Of a DNA stretch of 38,874 nt, positions 17,840 to 27,205 are shown piece after piece. Made by a program: the position numbers and the translations under genes. Within the stretch, counting starts at the first letter, position 1; each line of letters begins with the position of its first letter. Where the stretch lies: the IMG/VR virus record IMGVR_UViG_3300029381_000023; one strand, 5' to 3'. Under the pieces are notes generated by a model, which saw nothing but the letters and a program-made list of their open reading frames with translations, searched no databases and was not told the DNA's origin. The stretch comes from a virus.

Positions 17840-17871
17840 TATTTATCATCTCCTATTATTTTTTCACCCGT

Positions 17872-18327
17872 TCAGTTCTGTTCAGACCCGTTCACTATTT
17901 CTTTGTATTTTTGTAAAATTTCTTTATAAGCTAAAAGTTGAGGAATTACATCTTTTAGAATGTCATAATCTAATTCTGTTTCTTTAATTTTTTGTAATTC
18001 TTTTATCACATCTTCTAAATATTTTATAAACTCCTTTTGTTGAGTTTCCACTTTTTGAACTAAACTATCATATTTTTTGCTATCTTTTATTCTTGATGAA
18101 CAATCTGTTCTATTGCAATAACAATTTTCAAGTCGTTTCTTTAATTCTTGATTTTCTTCTTTAAGTTTGTTATGTTCTTCTTCATCAAAACAATGCGTAG
18201 TGCCAGCCAATTGAGATTTTAATTCTTGATTTTCTTTTTTAAAATAACACAAAGGACAATAAATTTTATTATCAAATCCTTGTGCATGAAAATTGTCAAA
18301 TTCATTTCCACATATTTCACACTTCAT
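17872..18327 (-). CDS. Zinc-ribbon plus coiled-coil protein (151 aa)
   Basis: CEICGN...CPLC, then the repeated segments ENQELKSQL and ENQELKKRL. Confidence 0.6.
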   Translation of the reverse strand: MKCEICGNEFDNFHAQGFDNKIYCPLCYFKKENQELKSQLAGTTHCFDEEEHNKLKEENQELKKRLENCYCNRTDCSSRIKDSKKYDSLVQKVETQQKEFIKYLEDVIKELQKIKETELDYDILKDVIPQLLAYKEILQKYKEIVNGSEQN

Positions 18328-18821
18328 TCTGACACCTCTTTTAATAATTTATTTTCTAACCAATTATCTTGAATTGTAGAAATCCAACCACAATGAACTG
18401 CTTTTATACTACCATCAGGTCTATAAAATTTTTGTGCGTCCCAACCTTTATAAAACTGTATTCCAAAATCTGCTTTACCATTTTTGATGCTATATCTTAA
18501 TACATCACTTACAATAATTATGAAATCAATTTTTTGTGCAACCAAATGTCTTATAAACGCTCTTACTTGACTAAAAGGTGGATTGGTTATTACTAAATCA
18601 TATTTTGAATAATTAATATTTCTCCATTCTTTGTCATCACATTTCACATCGTAATAACAATCTTTTAAATATTTATAAATATTGCTATTTTTATCGTCAC
18701 ATGGGCAAATAATTTTTTTACCTCTTAGATCATACTTATGTAATTCTCTTACACAATCTTTGTACATTGTATAAAATTCATCATCTAAAGTTTTTCTTTT
18801 ACAAGTTTTTATTTGTTGCAT
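18324..18821 (-). CDS. Short adenine-specific DNA methyltransferase-like protein (EcoRI-methylase-like family, NPPF motif)
   Basis: DDEFYT..., KKIICPCDD, DLVITNPPFSQ. Only 165 aa. Confidence 0.65.
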   Translation of the reverse strand: MQQIKTCKRKTLDDEFYTMYKDCVRELHKYDLRGKKIICPCDDKNSNIYKYLKDCYYDVKCDDKEWRNINYSKYDLVITNPPFSQVRAFIRHLVAQKIDFIIIVSDVLRYSIKNGKADFGIQFYKGWDAQKFYRPDGSIKAVHCGWISTIQDNWLENKLLKEVSE

Positions 18822-19102
18822 TCTAACACCTCTTTTAAATAACTATTCACAAATTCAATTGCCATTTTATTAATATTTTCTTGTGAAGCACCTTGATTTT
18901 TTCTGTTTTTAATAAAATTTAATTTATCAATAACTTCTTTTTGTTTTTTTAATTGAGTTTCTAAATTATCTATGTATTCAATTATATATTTAGCATAAAC
19001 ATTTAAATCATAATCTAAATAAGTTGTTTCTTTATTTGCAATAGACTTAAATTTATCATAACTTTCCCCATATATAGTTCTTATTTTTAATTCTTTATCC
19101 AT
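18809..19102 (-). CDS. Hypothetical protein (97 aa)
   Basis: ORF directly after the RHH micro-gene. Helical. Confidence 0.6.
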   Translation of the reverse strand: MDKELKIRTIYGESYDKFKSIANKETTYLDYDLNVYAKYIIEYIDNLETQLKKQKEVIDKLNFIKNRKNQGASQENINKMAIEFVNSYLKEVLECNK

Positions 19103-19107
19103 TATTC

Positions 19108-19257
19108 TTATTTCTCCTTTTTTATTTCTTTAAGTGTTTCTCTCATAAATTGTTCTATTAATGAGGATACACTCTTATTAATCATAATTGCATATATTTG
19201 AAAATCTTTATAAGTTTTTTCATCAATTGTATAACTTCTCGTTACTTTATTCTTCAT
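19108..19257 (-). CDS. Ribbon-helix-helix (CopG/Arc-like) protein, 49 aa
   Basis: Hand-translated: MKNKVTRSYTIDEKTYKDFQIYAIMINKSVSSLIEQFMRETLKEIKKEK, a beta-strand plus two helices. AAGGAGATGG SD. Replaces the track ORF 19254..19445. Confidence 0.65.
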   Translation of the reverse strand: MKNKVTRSYTIDEKTYKDFQIYAIMINKSVSSLIEQFMRETLKEIKKEK

Positions 19258-19281
19258 TTCTTCCATCTCCTTACATATATA

Positions 19282-19310
19282 ATTATATACTTATATATTA
19301 AAAATGTCAA
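19282..19310 (-). promoter_or_regulatory. Perfect-consensus sigma-A promoter TTGACA-N17-TATAAT immediately after the portal gene
   Basis: -35 at 19305-19310. -10 at 19282-19287. Exact 17-nt spacer. Confidence 0.75.
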
Positions 19311-19326
19311 TAAAAAAAGAAAGATT

Positions 19327-20754
19327 TTACTCTTTCTCTTCATTTTCTTTGTTTTTCTCGTCATCTTTGTTATCTTCTTTATCTTTTTGCTTATCTTTGT
19401 TATTATTAGTATCATCTTCTTCATCATCAAGCAACTTATCAACACTAGACATTTCTTCTTCTATTTCTTCAATAGCCTTTTTGCTTTCTTCTAATGTTTC
19501 GTTAGGTATAATCCAATTTCTTAATTCTGCTTTAGAAATAACCCCTTGACTAACTCCTTGAATATAATGATTAAATTCTTCCTGCGTATCAGTCAATAAT
19601 GAATAATCCCAATTAAACGCAAGTTCATAATCACCTAAAGGACTTAAATTATATCTATTTGCTAATACATTACAAGCATAAATAAAGTCTTCCATACCTT
19701 TTTCAAAATTCTTGCGAATATCATTAACTAAAGTAAATGTATCGTACATTGCTCGGCGAATTTCAGTAGCTGTTGCATTTGAACTTTCCATATCTGTTAG
19801 AAAGCCTTTACTAACGCCAATTTCTTTTTCAAGTCTTGTATAAAGCTCTTGCAACCTAGCATAATATGAACTTTCACGAATTGCTGGGCTAAATTCTTGG
19901 AAGAAATCGGTATCAGCGTCACTTTTAAATGTCTTAAATAAGCCATTTCTAGGCAATTTAGAACGTCCTTGGCTATCTTTACCAAACATTCTCTCATCAA
20001 TACCTACAAATGCTTCTTTTAGTGCAAATTCACGTGCTATTTGTTTTAGGCATTCTTTTATCTCGGCAATAGTATGGTCGCAACCAAATGTAATAGGCAC
20101 GCCATATTTATCGTTTCCAATTCTGTTGTTAATTGGTGATTTAGTATAGCCAAATAGAACTCTATCAACATTCATTATTCTCTCTTCTGGATTAATACTA
20201 GCCCATTCAGGGATTAAATTAACATCAATTTCACTTCCTTGCTGATCTGTATATTTTTGCCTCATTATTATTACATTATTTTCAATAGTATAATTTACCC
20301 ATCTAAAATAAGTATCACTTATTGAGCCACTTGTAATTGTCTTTTGCTCTGCTAACAATGTAGCTCCAGTTATTTTTTCACCACTAACTTGGTCTATTGT
20401 AAGTCTGTCTTGTTCTACAAGTGTATATAATAGCTTCCCATTATCAATATACGGAACAATGCAAACCCCACCATAGCCAAGTTGCATTCCAACTATCTTT
20501 TTGCTTCTAGCCATTGCTAGGTTTAATGTATCAGTAAGCATTTCTGTTCTTTTGTTGTTGCCTACTATATTAACTGTACTATCACTTACAGCGAAGTTTG
20601 CTAGTTTGTTAGCAAATATACTCGTAAAATTAATTTCATCAATTGCTCGGTATTCTTGAGCAAATTTGTCATTCATTGTCATTTCGGTATTATTTGTTTC
20701 AGTTTTAACACCAAACAATGTTTTTAAAATCCAATTGAATAAAGTTTTTAACAT
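19327..20754 (-). CDS. Portal protein (475 aa) with an acidic/Lys-rich low-complexity C-terminal tail
   Basis: Follows and overlaps TerL. Size and pattern fit SPP1-type portals. Confidence 0.85.
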   Translation of the reverse strand: MLKTLFNWILKTLFGVKTETNNTEMTMNDKFAQEYRAIDEINFTSIFANKLANFAVSDSTVNIVGNNKRTEMLTDTLNLAMARSKKIVGMQLGYGGVCIVPYIDNGKLLYTLVEQDRLTIDQVSGEKITGATLLAEQKTITSGSISDTYFRWVNYTIENNVIIMRQKYTDQQGSEIDVNLIPEWASINPEERIMNVDRVLFGYTKSPINNRIGNDKYGVPITFGCDHTIAEIKECLKQIAREFALKEAFVGIDERMFGKDSQGRSKLPRNGLFKTFKSDADTDFFQEFSPAIRESSYYARLQELYTRLEKEIGVSKGFLTDMESSNATATEIRRAMYDTFTLVNDIRKNFEKGMEDFIYACNVLANRYNLSPLGDYELAFNWDYSLLTDTQEEFNHYIQGVSQGVISKAELRNWIIPNETLEESKKAIEEIEEEMSSVDKLLDDEEDDTNNNKDKQKDKEDNKDDEKNKENEEKE

Positions 20755-22052
20755 TACATAACCTCCTCATAATTAATTGCATCCATTATTCTTTTCATAT
20801 CACGTTCATACGAATACTCATAAGCATCCATACTATCTATATCAGTAGTAAAATCATCAAGTCTAGTATCTTCCAATTTATTATCATCCCACATAGCAGT
20901 TTTCATAGCTTTAACAAGGCTATCACATTCGCCGTTAAGATATTTCCATATATCAAATGCTAACATCTTGTTTTGAGCCTCTATTCGGTCATTTACAGGA
21001 TATTTTCGGCTGCCTCTAACAGTCGTATTCCATCCACGTTCGCGAACAGCATTATCTAAACTCCTTATGTGTACACTTTCTTCATTATCTGGGTAAACAT
21101 AATCAATGTTGCAGTGGAATTTATTTCTGCAATATTCTATAAATTCTATTTGCTTTTCCAACAATTGTTTACTATCTAATTCATCAGTTATTCTTTGGCT
21201 AGCCATTGCTATTACTTTTGTATAATCATAAGCAATTCTAGTGCAAACAAAGGCTTGACCTGATTTAGTTCCACCATAGTCAATGCCAATTATTGTTTCA
21301 CCTAATGGTAAGTTATCAACCCATTTTTGTTTGCCATTTACTATCTTTAACTCACATTGATAGTTCATTCCATATTTTTCAGGATTATCAGCAAACTTTT
21401 TATAGCATAGTCCTTGAGCATTGCAAGCCCTACCTAAAATATATCTGTCATAATAAATTGTACCAACATATTCTTTACATAAATTATCAACATACACTTT
21501 TGGTAAAAAGGGATTGTCAAACAGAGTATATCTTTGTAAGTAAATATCTGCATCACTTTTTAAAAATTTTTCAAACCAATGCTCTTCGTGTTGTGGATTT
21601 CCTGCAAAATCACAAACACTATATTCGAAAGACAAACGAGATTTTAAAAGTTCAAATACTTCTTCATTAATATCATATACTTCATCAATGTACAAATATT
21701 TAATTCTTGCTCCCCTGAACTTTCTAACTCTTCCAACATTATCAGCACCAATACAATAAACTTTTTCCCCAAATATTCGGCAAGTATTATTACTGGCAAT
21801 ATCAGTAACAACTTTGTTCCCAAAAAGTTCTTGTAAAGGCTCTATAACATTTCTTGTTATTGTTTCTTTTGAAACACCGACAATGAAGTTAAGCCCTTTT
21901 TTGCCTTTTCTTTCTTCAATACGATTAGGAATCACATATAAAGTATCAATATAAGTCTTTCCACATTGTGTTGCTCCAACTTTACCATTCCAACGATGTG
22001 TTGCTTCATTTATGTAGATTGCTTGTTTTTCACTAATTTCTATTTGTTCCAT
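20754..22052 (-). CDS. terL: Terminase large subunit (PBSX/Terminase_3-type)
   Basis: Walker A GATQCGKT, Walker B KYLYIDEV, C-terminal nuclease-type region. Confidence 0.95.
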   Translation of the reverse strand: MEQIEISEKQAIYINEATHRWNGKVGATQCGKTYIDTLYVIPNRIEERKGKKGLNFIVGVSKETITRNVIEPLQELFGNKVVTDIASNNTCRIFGEKVYCIGADNVGRVRKFRGARIKYLYIDEVYDINEEVFELLKSRLSFEYSVCDFAGNPQHEEHWFEKFLKSDADIYLQRYTLFDNPFLPKVYVDNLCKEYVGTIYYDRYILGRACNAQGLCYKKFADNPEKYGMNYQCELKIVNGKQKWVDNLPLGETIIGIDYGGTKSGQAFVCTRIAYDYTKVIAMASQRITDELDSKQLLEKQIEFIEYCRNKFHCNIDYVYPDNEESVHIRSLDNAVRERGWNTTVRGSRKYPVNDRIEAQNKMLAFDIWKYLNGECDSLVKAMKTAMWDDNKLEDTRLDDFTTDIDSMDAYEYSYERDMKRIMDAINYEEVM

Positions 22053-22503
22053 CTGTATATTCCTGTGCTACTTTCCTAATTTTAGCAATAACTTGACTTG
22101 CATTTGCTACAGCATCTTTATCTTCATCTGTTTCAACTCTGTCTTTCCAATTGTTTGGCTTTCTATTTTTAAGCCAAAATATTTGTGCTGTTGTATCTGG
22201 TGGAATATGGACATCTTTTTCTAAAGTATGAACAAACCCATCTCTGTCTAATTTTTCTTCTTTAATTGTTATTGTATATCCTAGTGCTTTTTTAAGTAAG
22301 GCATTTTCTACTTCAAAGTCAATAACTTCTTTTCCTCTTTTTAAGGCGTCGGCTATGTTGACTTCTTTTTTCTTCCAATCATATAAAGTTGTTCTATTTA
22401 TTCCTATATTTTTGGCTATTTGTTCATCTGTCAAGCCGTCTCTAGCCCAACCCTCTAACAATATTAATTTATCATTTCCAAGCCACTTATTGATTTTAGC
22501 CAC
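22033..22503 (-). CDS. terS: Terminase small subunit (HTH-containing)
   Basis: LTDEQIAKNIGINRTTLYDWKKK HTH. GTG start after GAGGTG. Overlaps terL. Confidence 0.8.
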   Translation of the reverse strand: MAKINKWLGNDKLILLEGWARDGLTDEQIAKNIGINRTTLYDWKKKEVNIADALKRGKEVIDFEVENALLKKALGYTITIKEEKLDRDGFVHTLEKDVHIPPDTTAQIFWLKNRKPNNWKDRVETDEDKDAVANASQVIAKIRKVAQEYTDGTNRN

Positions 22504-22532
22504 ATCACCACCTCGCTTTAAATTTCTACAAA

Positions 22533-22561
22533 ATTATATCACAAATATAATAAATTTGCAA
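22533..22561 (-). promoter_or_regulatory. Promoter TTGCAA-N17-TATAAT (TGATATAAT) upstream of terS
   Basis: -10 at 22533-22538. The TGA of the extended -10 is the stop codon of ORF 22539..22799. -35 at 22556-22561. Confidence 0.6.
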
Positions 22562-22799
22562 AATTCTTGTAACCATTGAGATAATCCCATATTAGATTTT
22601 TGCGTGGCAAATTCATGTGCGTATTTGCGTATACATAAAGTTTATACAATTGTTTTTCATATTTTGTCGATGCGTCAAATATGCTTTTTATGTATTCTGC
22701 ATTGTTTACAAAATCTTTGAAAGTATAAAAACACATGTCGGTTTTTATAAAATCATAGTATTCGCATAAGTGCATTATTTCATCTTCCAAATTTCCCAT
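22539..22799 (-). CDS. Hypothetical protein (86 aa)
   Basis: ORF overlapping the HNH gene end. No motif. Confidence 0.55.
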   Translation of the reverse strand: MGNLEDEIMHLCEYYDFIKTDMCFYTFKDFVNNAEYIKSIFDASTKYEKQLYKLYVYANTHMNLPRKNLIWDYLNGYKNFANLLYL

Positions 22800-23214
22800 T
22801 TCTCACTAGCCTCCTCGTATATTGTTCTTTTATTATAGGCGCGCCTTTATTTGTTCGATCAGAACAATGCTCACGTTCAAAATATGTGAGTAAGTCATCA
22901 ATTGCTAACAAATTTTGCGTGTCCAAATAACCCTTTAAATTCTCATCTATCATTTCAGAAGTAATTAAATAAAATATCTCGGGGTCTGCCCGTTCGATGT
23001 TGTGCAAATAATCGTGTGATGTTTTTTGAACTAATATAGCCCCGTTCCAATAATACAATCCTTGACCTAAGCCTTGCTCTTTGCACTCTCTTTTTGGTAT
23101 AATTAAATGATGATAAGATAGTTCGTTTTTTCTCTTCACTGCATATCCCATAAAATCATATCCTAATTTCATTATTCTAAAATCATGTATCATTTCATTT
23201 GTCAAACATTTCAT
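22780..23214 (-). CDS. HNH endonuclease associated with the terminase (144 aa)
   Basis: ELSYHHLIIPK...WNGAILVQKTSHDYLHNIE. It lies two genes upstream of terS, as in cos-type HNH/terminase systems. Confidence 0.75.
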   Translation of the reverse strand: MKCLTNEMIHDFRIMKLGYDFMGYAVKRKNELSYHHLIIPKRECKEQGLGQGLYYWNGAILVQKTSHDYLHNIERADPEIFYLITSEMIDENLKGYLDTQNLLAIDDLLTYFEREHCSDRTNKGAPIIKEQYTRRLVRNGKFGR

Positions 23215-23338
23215 ATATTACCTCCCAAATTTCATCTTTGTGTGTTGATAAAATAACTAAAAAGGAGCATATTAACCCACCGATTAATAATGCCCCTATT
23301 GATAATAAAATATTTAAAAATGTTTCAAGCCAAACCAT
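23195..23338 (-). CDS. Micro-ORF, 47 aa, single TM (MVWLETFLNILLSIGALLIGGLICSFLVILSTHKDEIWEVIYEMFDK)
   Basis: Hand-translated. GGTGGTGG SD. Overlaps the HNH start by 20 nt. Confidence 0.4.
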   Translation of the reverse strand: MVWLETFLNILLSIGALLIGGLICSFLVILSTHKDEIWEVIYEMFDK

Positions 23339-23355
23339 AGCCACCACCTAGTTAG

Positions 23356-23384
23356 ATTATATCATTTTTAGGATAATAATTCAA
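23356..23384 (-). promoter_or_regulatory. Promoter TTGAAT-N17-TATAAT (TGATATAAT)
   Basis: -10 at 23356-23361. -35 at 23379-23384, inside the 3' end of the ERCC4 gene. Confidence 0.55.
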
Positions 23385-23919
23385 GTATCTTTTGCCCTGT
23401 TTCGGATTTAGAACAGAATTTAAAAGACATATCATAATCTTCTTTGTTATCTTCAATGGTATGTAATGCCTTTCTAAGTTGTTCAGGGCTTTGTGGGGGT
23501 CTATATGTTTGTAAACCTTTTTCTTTTGCTTGTCTATAAAGTTCCCACTCATTGTATTCTGCATGATAATTTAATCCTAATTTCCATTTTAAAGTTCGCT
23601 TGTATTGTTCTAATCTTGGGTTTTTCCATTTTGTAATGTCGTCAATGCAAGTAATGTCTTTGCTATGCTCTATAAGTATTATTAAATGTATTCCAGCCTT
23701 TTTGGATCTGATAAGCTCATCTTTAAATCTCTTTTGCGTAACATTTTGCATAATCTCAGCAAGATTTTGTTTTCTGTCAATAACAATTTTAGGGTTATCT
23801 AAAGATTGGTAATCTCCAACATAAAGTTTTGAAGTGTCATAATCAATATTGTTTTCTTCAAAGCATTTAATTATTTTTGTTATTGCCTTTGGTTTTTCTC
23901 GACTATCTATTAAAATCAT
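23368..23919 (-). CDS. ERCC4/Mus81-type structure-specific nuclease (183 aa)
   Basis: ILIDSREK, YVGDY, VIDRKQNLAE (ERK-like motif). Confidence 0.8.
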   Translation of the reverse strand: MILIDSREKPKAITKIIKCFEENNIDYDTSKLYVGDYQSLDNPKIVIDRKQNLAEIMQNVTQKRFKDELIRSKKAGIHLIILIEHSKDITCIDDITKWKNPRLEQYKRTLKWKLGLNYHAEYNEWELYRQAKEKGLQTYRPPQSPEQLRKALHTIEDNKEDYDMSFKFCSKSETGQKILELLS

Positions 23920-24596
23920 TTAATCAACTCCTTTTCATCGATTATGTATTGCCTAATAAATCTATTAGCATATTGTGGATGTATCATACTTCTATTAACT
24001 GTGTTTTCATCATTAATCTTTTTTCTTTTAACTAATTCTAATGGTTCAAATATAAAATTATTTTTTGGGTCACAATTTATAAACCAATATTGTGTAGGCT
24101 TTTTATAATAATCTCCTTCTAAACTTCTATCCATATCAATTATTTTTGGTTCAATGCACCAATAACGATGTAAGTAATGTTGTGTTGAGTAAGGATTTTC
24201 TATTATTAGTGAAATATTTTTATCAACACATATTATTGCCAATTTGGTTATTAATTGATAATTTCTATTTAATTCTTCACTTAATTTAAGGCAATTACTT
24301 AATTTTTTTTTCATATTCCAATCTTTATATCCACTATTGACACCTTTAAAATTCATAATTACTTGTGCCTCAAATCTAACACATGGAAAGAATGCTAATA
24401 TAGTATCTTGTTTATTCATTTTGTCAAAAATACTATTTAATCCTAAATATCCTTTTTCTATTTCATCAAATAAATCTATAACATAATCAGTTTCGTTAAA
24501 ATCATTTAGAATGTCATAATCGTATGCTTTATACCCTAATTTTTTAAATTCATTTTTAAATGTTCCACTTTGTTCAAAAAAACAATGATATTTCAT
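23916..24596 (-). CDS. Minimal C5-cytosine-methyltransferase-like protein (226 aa) with a degenerate SAM motif
   Basis: FFEQSGTF (motif I-like), FFPCVRF (PCQ-like with Cys), IIENPYS (ENV-like). No obvious target-recognition domain. Confidence 0.5.
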   Translation of the reverse strand: MKYHCFFEQSGTFKNEFKKLGYKAYDYDILNDFNETDYVIDLFDEIEKGYLGLNSIFDKMNKQDTILAFFPCVRFEAQVIMNFKGVNSGYKDWNMKKKLSNCLKLSEELNRNYQLITKLAIICVDKNISLIIENPYSTQHYLHRYWCIEPKIIDMDRSLEGDYYKKPTQYWFINCDPKNNFIFEPLELVKRKKINDENTVNRSMIHPQYANRFIRQYIIDEKELIK

Positions 24597-24608
24597 TTAA
24601 TCAACTCC

Positions 24609-25337
24609 TTACATTGTAAATAATGTTTGTTGCCCATTTGCTTGAACATTATTTAATCTATCAACTGCTATTTTGTGCCATTTTGAATTTAATTCTATTC
24701 CTATGTATCTTCGGTTAGTGTTTTTGCAAGCAACACAAGTTGTCCCACTTCCGCAAAAGCAATCCAATACAATATCATTTTCTTGTGTTGTGTGTTTTAT
24801 ATGTCTTTCCACTAAATTTAAAGGTTTTATAGTTGGGTGTTTAAATTTTTCTTTATCACTTTGATTTATAGGGTTTATATACCATTTGCTTTTTAATTCA
24901 TAACCATCATTCAATTTGACGCCTTTTTCTCTAAAGTATAAACAATATTCAATATCTGGTAAAAAAGTATTATTTGTCATAGGTGTTGGATTTGTTTTAT
25001 TCCATGTTAATATTTCAAACATACAATTATTTTGCTTAAAAAAATTTAAAATATCTAATATTTGTTCTTTGCTACACCAAATGAAACAATTTATTTTTTT
25101 AGATATTCTTATAAATTCATTTAAAATTGAATAATTTATTCCTTTTGTTATTTCTTTTAAATCTTCTTGTTTTAATTTTTTTATTCTTTGTGATAATGGG
25201 CTAGTACTACTACCACCATCAGCAAACAAATACGGTATATCTGTATAAATGCAATCTATACTCTTGTCAGGAATACTTTTTATAACTTCATAACAATCGC
25301 CTAAAATTACATTGTTAATCATATCTTCAAATTTCAT
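24609..25337 (-). CDS. DNA methyltransferase, N6A/N4C beta-class (N6_N4_Mtase)
   Basis: IYTDIPYLF (DPPY-type motif IV) upstream of LDCFCGSGTTCVAC (motif I). Confidence 0.9.
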   Translation of the reverse strand: MKFEDMINNVILGDCYEVIKSIPDKSIDCIYTDIPYLFADGGSSTSPLSQRIKKLKQEDLKEITKGINYSILNEFIRISKKINCFIWCSKEQILDILNFFKQNNCMFEILTWNKTNPTPMTNNTFLPDIEYCLYFREKGVKLNDGYELKSKWYINPINQSDKEKFKHPTIKPLNLVERHIKHTTQENDIVLDCFCGSGTTCVACKNTNRRYIGIELNSKWHKIAVDRLNNVQANGQQTLFTM

Positions 25338-25699
25338 TTAATCACCTCATTTTCATAAATATTTCCTATTACTTCTGGGCTTTGATTTTGAAATGGTATG
25401 CAAACGCCATTATATAAATATCCAAAACTTCCATCTTTAAATATAACTTCTACTTTTCTTCTTTTTTCTCCAATTAAAATCAAATCACCTTCGTAAATTT
25501 CTGCACCATTTTTATCTTTTAGTCCTGTATATTGCATTAAATGAATATCTTTATGATAAGGTTCAAAATGTGTCCAATGAGGTTCACATTTATAATCTAC
25601 TTTTTCAGGTTCAATCCACATCGCACAAGCAGTATAATTTTTATCATCTTTAACTTTTTCCCAATCTCCATAAATACCAACAAGTACTTTATAATTCAT
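25334..25699 (-). CDS. YopX-family protein (121 aa)
   Basis: MQYTGLKDKNGAEIYEGDLI...GNIYEN. Confidence 0.8.
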   Translation of the reverse strand: MNYKVLVGIYGDWEKVKDDKNYTACAMWIEPEKVDYKCEPHWTHFEPYHKDIHLMQYTGLKDKNGAEIYEGDLILIGEKRRKVEVIFKDGSFGYLYNGVCIPFQNQSPEVIGNIYENEVIK

Positions 25700-25746
25700 A
25701 TATTTGTATTTATTATCTCAAACTCTAAATTTTATTTCTCTATTCA

Positions 25747-26049
25747 TTATTCCTCCACCTTTACAACTAAATCGGCTTTTATTAAGTCATCAATATATTT
25801 ATTTAATAATTTTTCATCATTATTAATAAAACTTCTAAAAGAATTCTTTGAACTTCTTGACAATTCAATTTTTCTTGTTTCTTTATTAATTTCAACTATG
25901 TCAATTAACATATCTTCTAATTTTTCACTATATTCTACTTCAAACACTTTGCCATAACAAGCATAAGAAACATAGCAGGTATCTCTTCCTTGTAAATATC
26001 CATACTTTTCCAACACATTCAATTCAACATCTTCTCTTATCTTATACAT
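25747..26049 (-). CDS. Hypothetical protein (100 aa)
   Basis: Coding-strand ORF, tightly packed. Confidence 0.6.
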   Translation of the reverse strand: MYKIREDVELNVLEKYGYLQGRDTCYVSYACYGKVFEVEYSEKLEDMLIDIVEINKETRKIELSRSSKNSFRSFINNDEKLLNKYIDDLIKADLVVKVEE

Positions 26050-26053
26050 AATA

Positions 26054-26866
26054 TCAGTCCTTTCTAACTACATTGTTTATTCTTTCTTTTGCTATATTAA
26101 AATAATTTTCATCAAGTTCTATTCCTATAAAATTTCTATTTGTATTCACACAGGCAACACCCGTACTTCCAGATCCCATACAATTGTCAAGTACAGTATC
26201 CCCCTCGTTTGTATACGTTTTGATTAGATACTCAAGAAGCACAACTGGTTTCTGAGTGGGATGTAAATTAGTGTTTATTTCTTTGTTTATTTTTAAAACA
26301 CTTTTTGGGTATCTATAACCATCATCAGCATTTCTTATTCTTATTATTTCGTTACCAATGTGTTCTTTATTTGTTTTAGGATTATTTATTGTTTTTCTTC
26401 TATCAACCTTGCCAAATCTATCATAATCTCTTGTTTCGAAAACTTGTTTTAATTCTTTATCATTCATTTGCTTGATTTCTTCAAATTCTAATACCTTATA
26501 TTTTTGTGGATAATAATTATGTGTTTCTTTACTAAATACACATATATTTTCATGATATTTTAATGGTTGATATTTTGCACTCATAAAATTACTTGCTTTT
26601 TGTTTTTCCCATATCCACTCATATTTAAAATTTTTAATATTACTCATAATTAAACTACTTGTAAATGGTTGACTTCCAAATAAAACAATAGCACCATTAT
26701 CTTTAATAATTCTATTATATTGCTCCCACAATTTATCAAAAGGTATAACTATATCCCATTTACAAGCAGTAGTTCCATAGGGCAAATCACATAATATCAT
26801 GTCTATTGATTTATCAGGTATATTTTTCATTACTTGTAAACAATCGCCTTGTCTTAAATCTATCAT
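26054..26866 (-). CDS. DNA methyltransferase, N6A/N4C beta-class (N6_N4_Mtase)
   Basis: ILCDLPYGT (motif IV) and LDNCMGSGSTGVAC (motif I). Confidence 0.9.
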   Translation of the reverse strand: MIDLRQGDCLQVMKNIPDKSIDMILCDLPYGTTACKWDIVIPFDKLWEQYNRIIKDNGAIVLFGSQPFTSSLIMSNIKNFKYEWIWEKQKASNFMSAKYQPLKYHENICVFSKETHNYYPQKYKVLEFEEIKQMNDKELKQVFETRDYDRFGKVDRRKTINNPKTNKEHIGNEIIRIRNADDGYRYPKSVLKINKEINTNLHPTQKPVVLLEYLIKTYTNEGDTVLDNCMGSGSTGVACVNTNRNFIGIELDENYFNIAKERINNVVRKD

Positions 26867-26884
26867 TATCTATCAGTCCTTTCT

Positions 26885-27190
26885 TTATTCTTCTGGCATT
26901 TCATATATTCTTGCACTTCCGCAAGTAAGAACTACTTCTTCGTTTTTTTCTATGGGAATAAAATCTGAACTAATTAATTCATCTTGTATTTCATCTAATA
27001 TTTTAATGGCTCTTTCTTTTGTTTTGTATGTTCCTAATAATTCATAATTTCCATTAAGTGCGACATTACAAATTGTATACCCTTCATGTTCCCATTCATT
27101 TTTTTTATAAAATGTTTTGCCTTCCATTATTGTTAAAAATCTTGCTTGTAGCAAATTTGTTTTTGCTGTGCTCCTTATCCATAATTCCAT
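26885..27190 (-). CDS. Hypothetical early protein (101 aa)
   Basis: Coding-strand ORF with SD. No domain recognised. Confidence 0.6.
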   Translation of the reverse strand: MELWIRSTAKTNLLQARFLTIMEGKTFYKKNEWEHEGYTICNVALNGNYELLGTYKTKERAIKILDEIQDELISSDFIPIEKNEEVVLTCGSARIYEMPEE

Positions 27191-27205
27191 TCTCTATCAA
27201 CCTTT

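Noticed and set aside
19254-19549. Track ORFs 19254..19445 (-) and 19304..19549 (+), which overlap the portal C-terminal tail and the promoter region
   Set aside because: They are frame artefacts of the Lys/Glu/Asp low-complexity repeat. The 19108-19257 interval is better explained by the RHH ORF, which has its own SD and consensus promoter.
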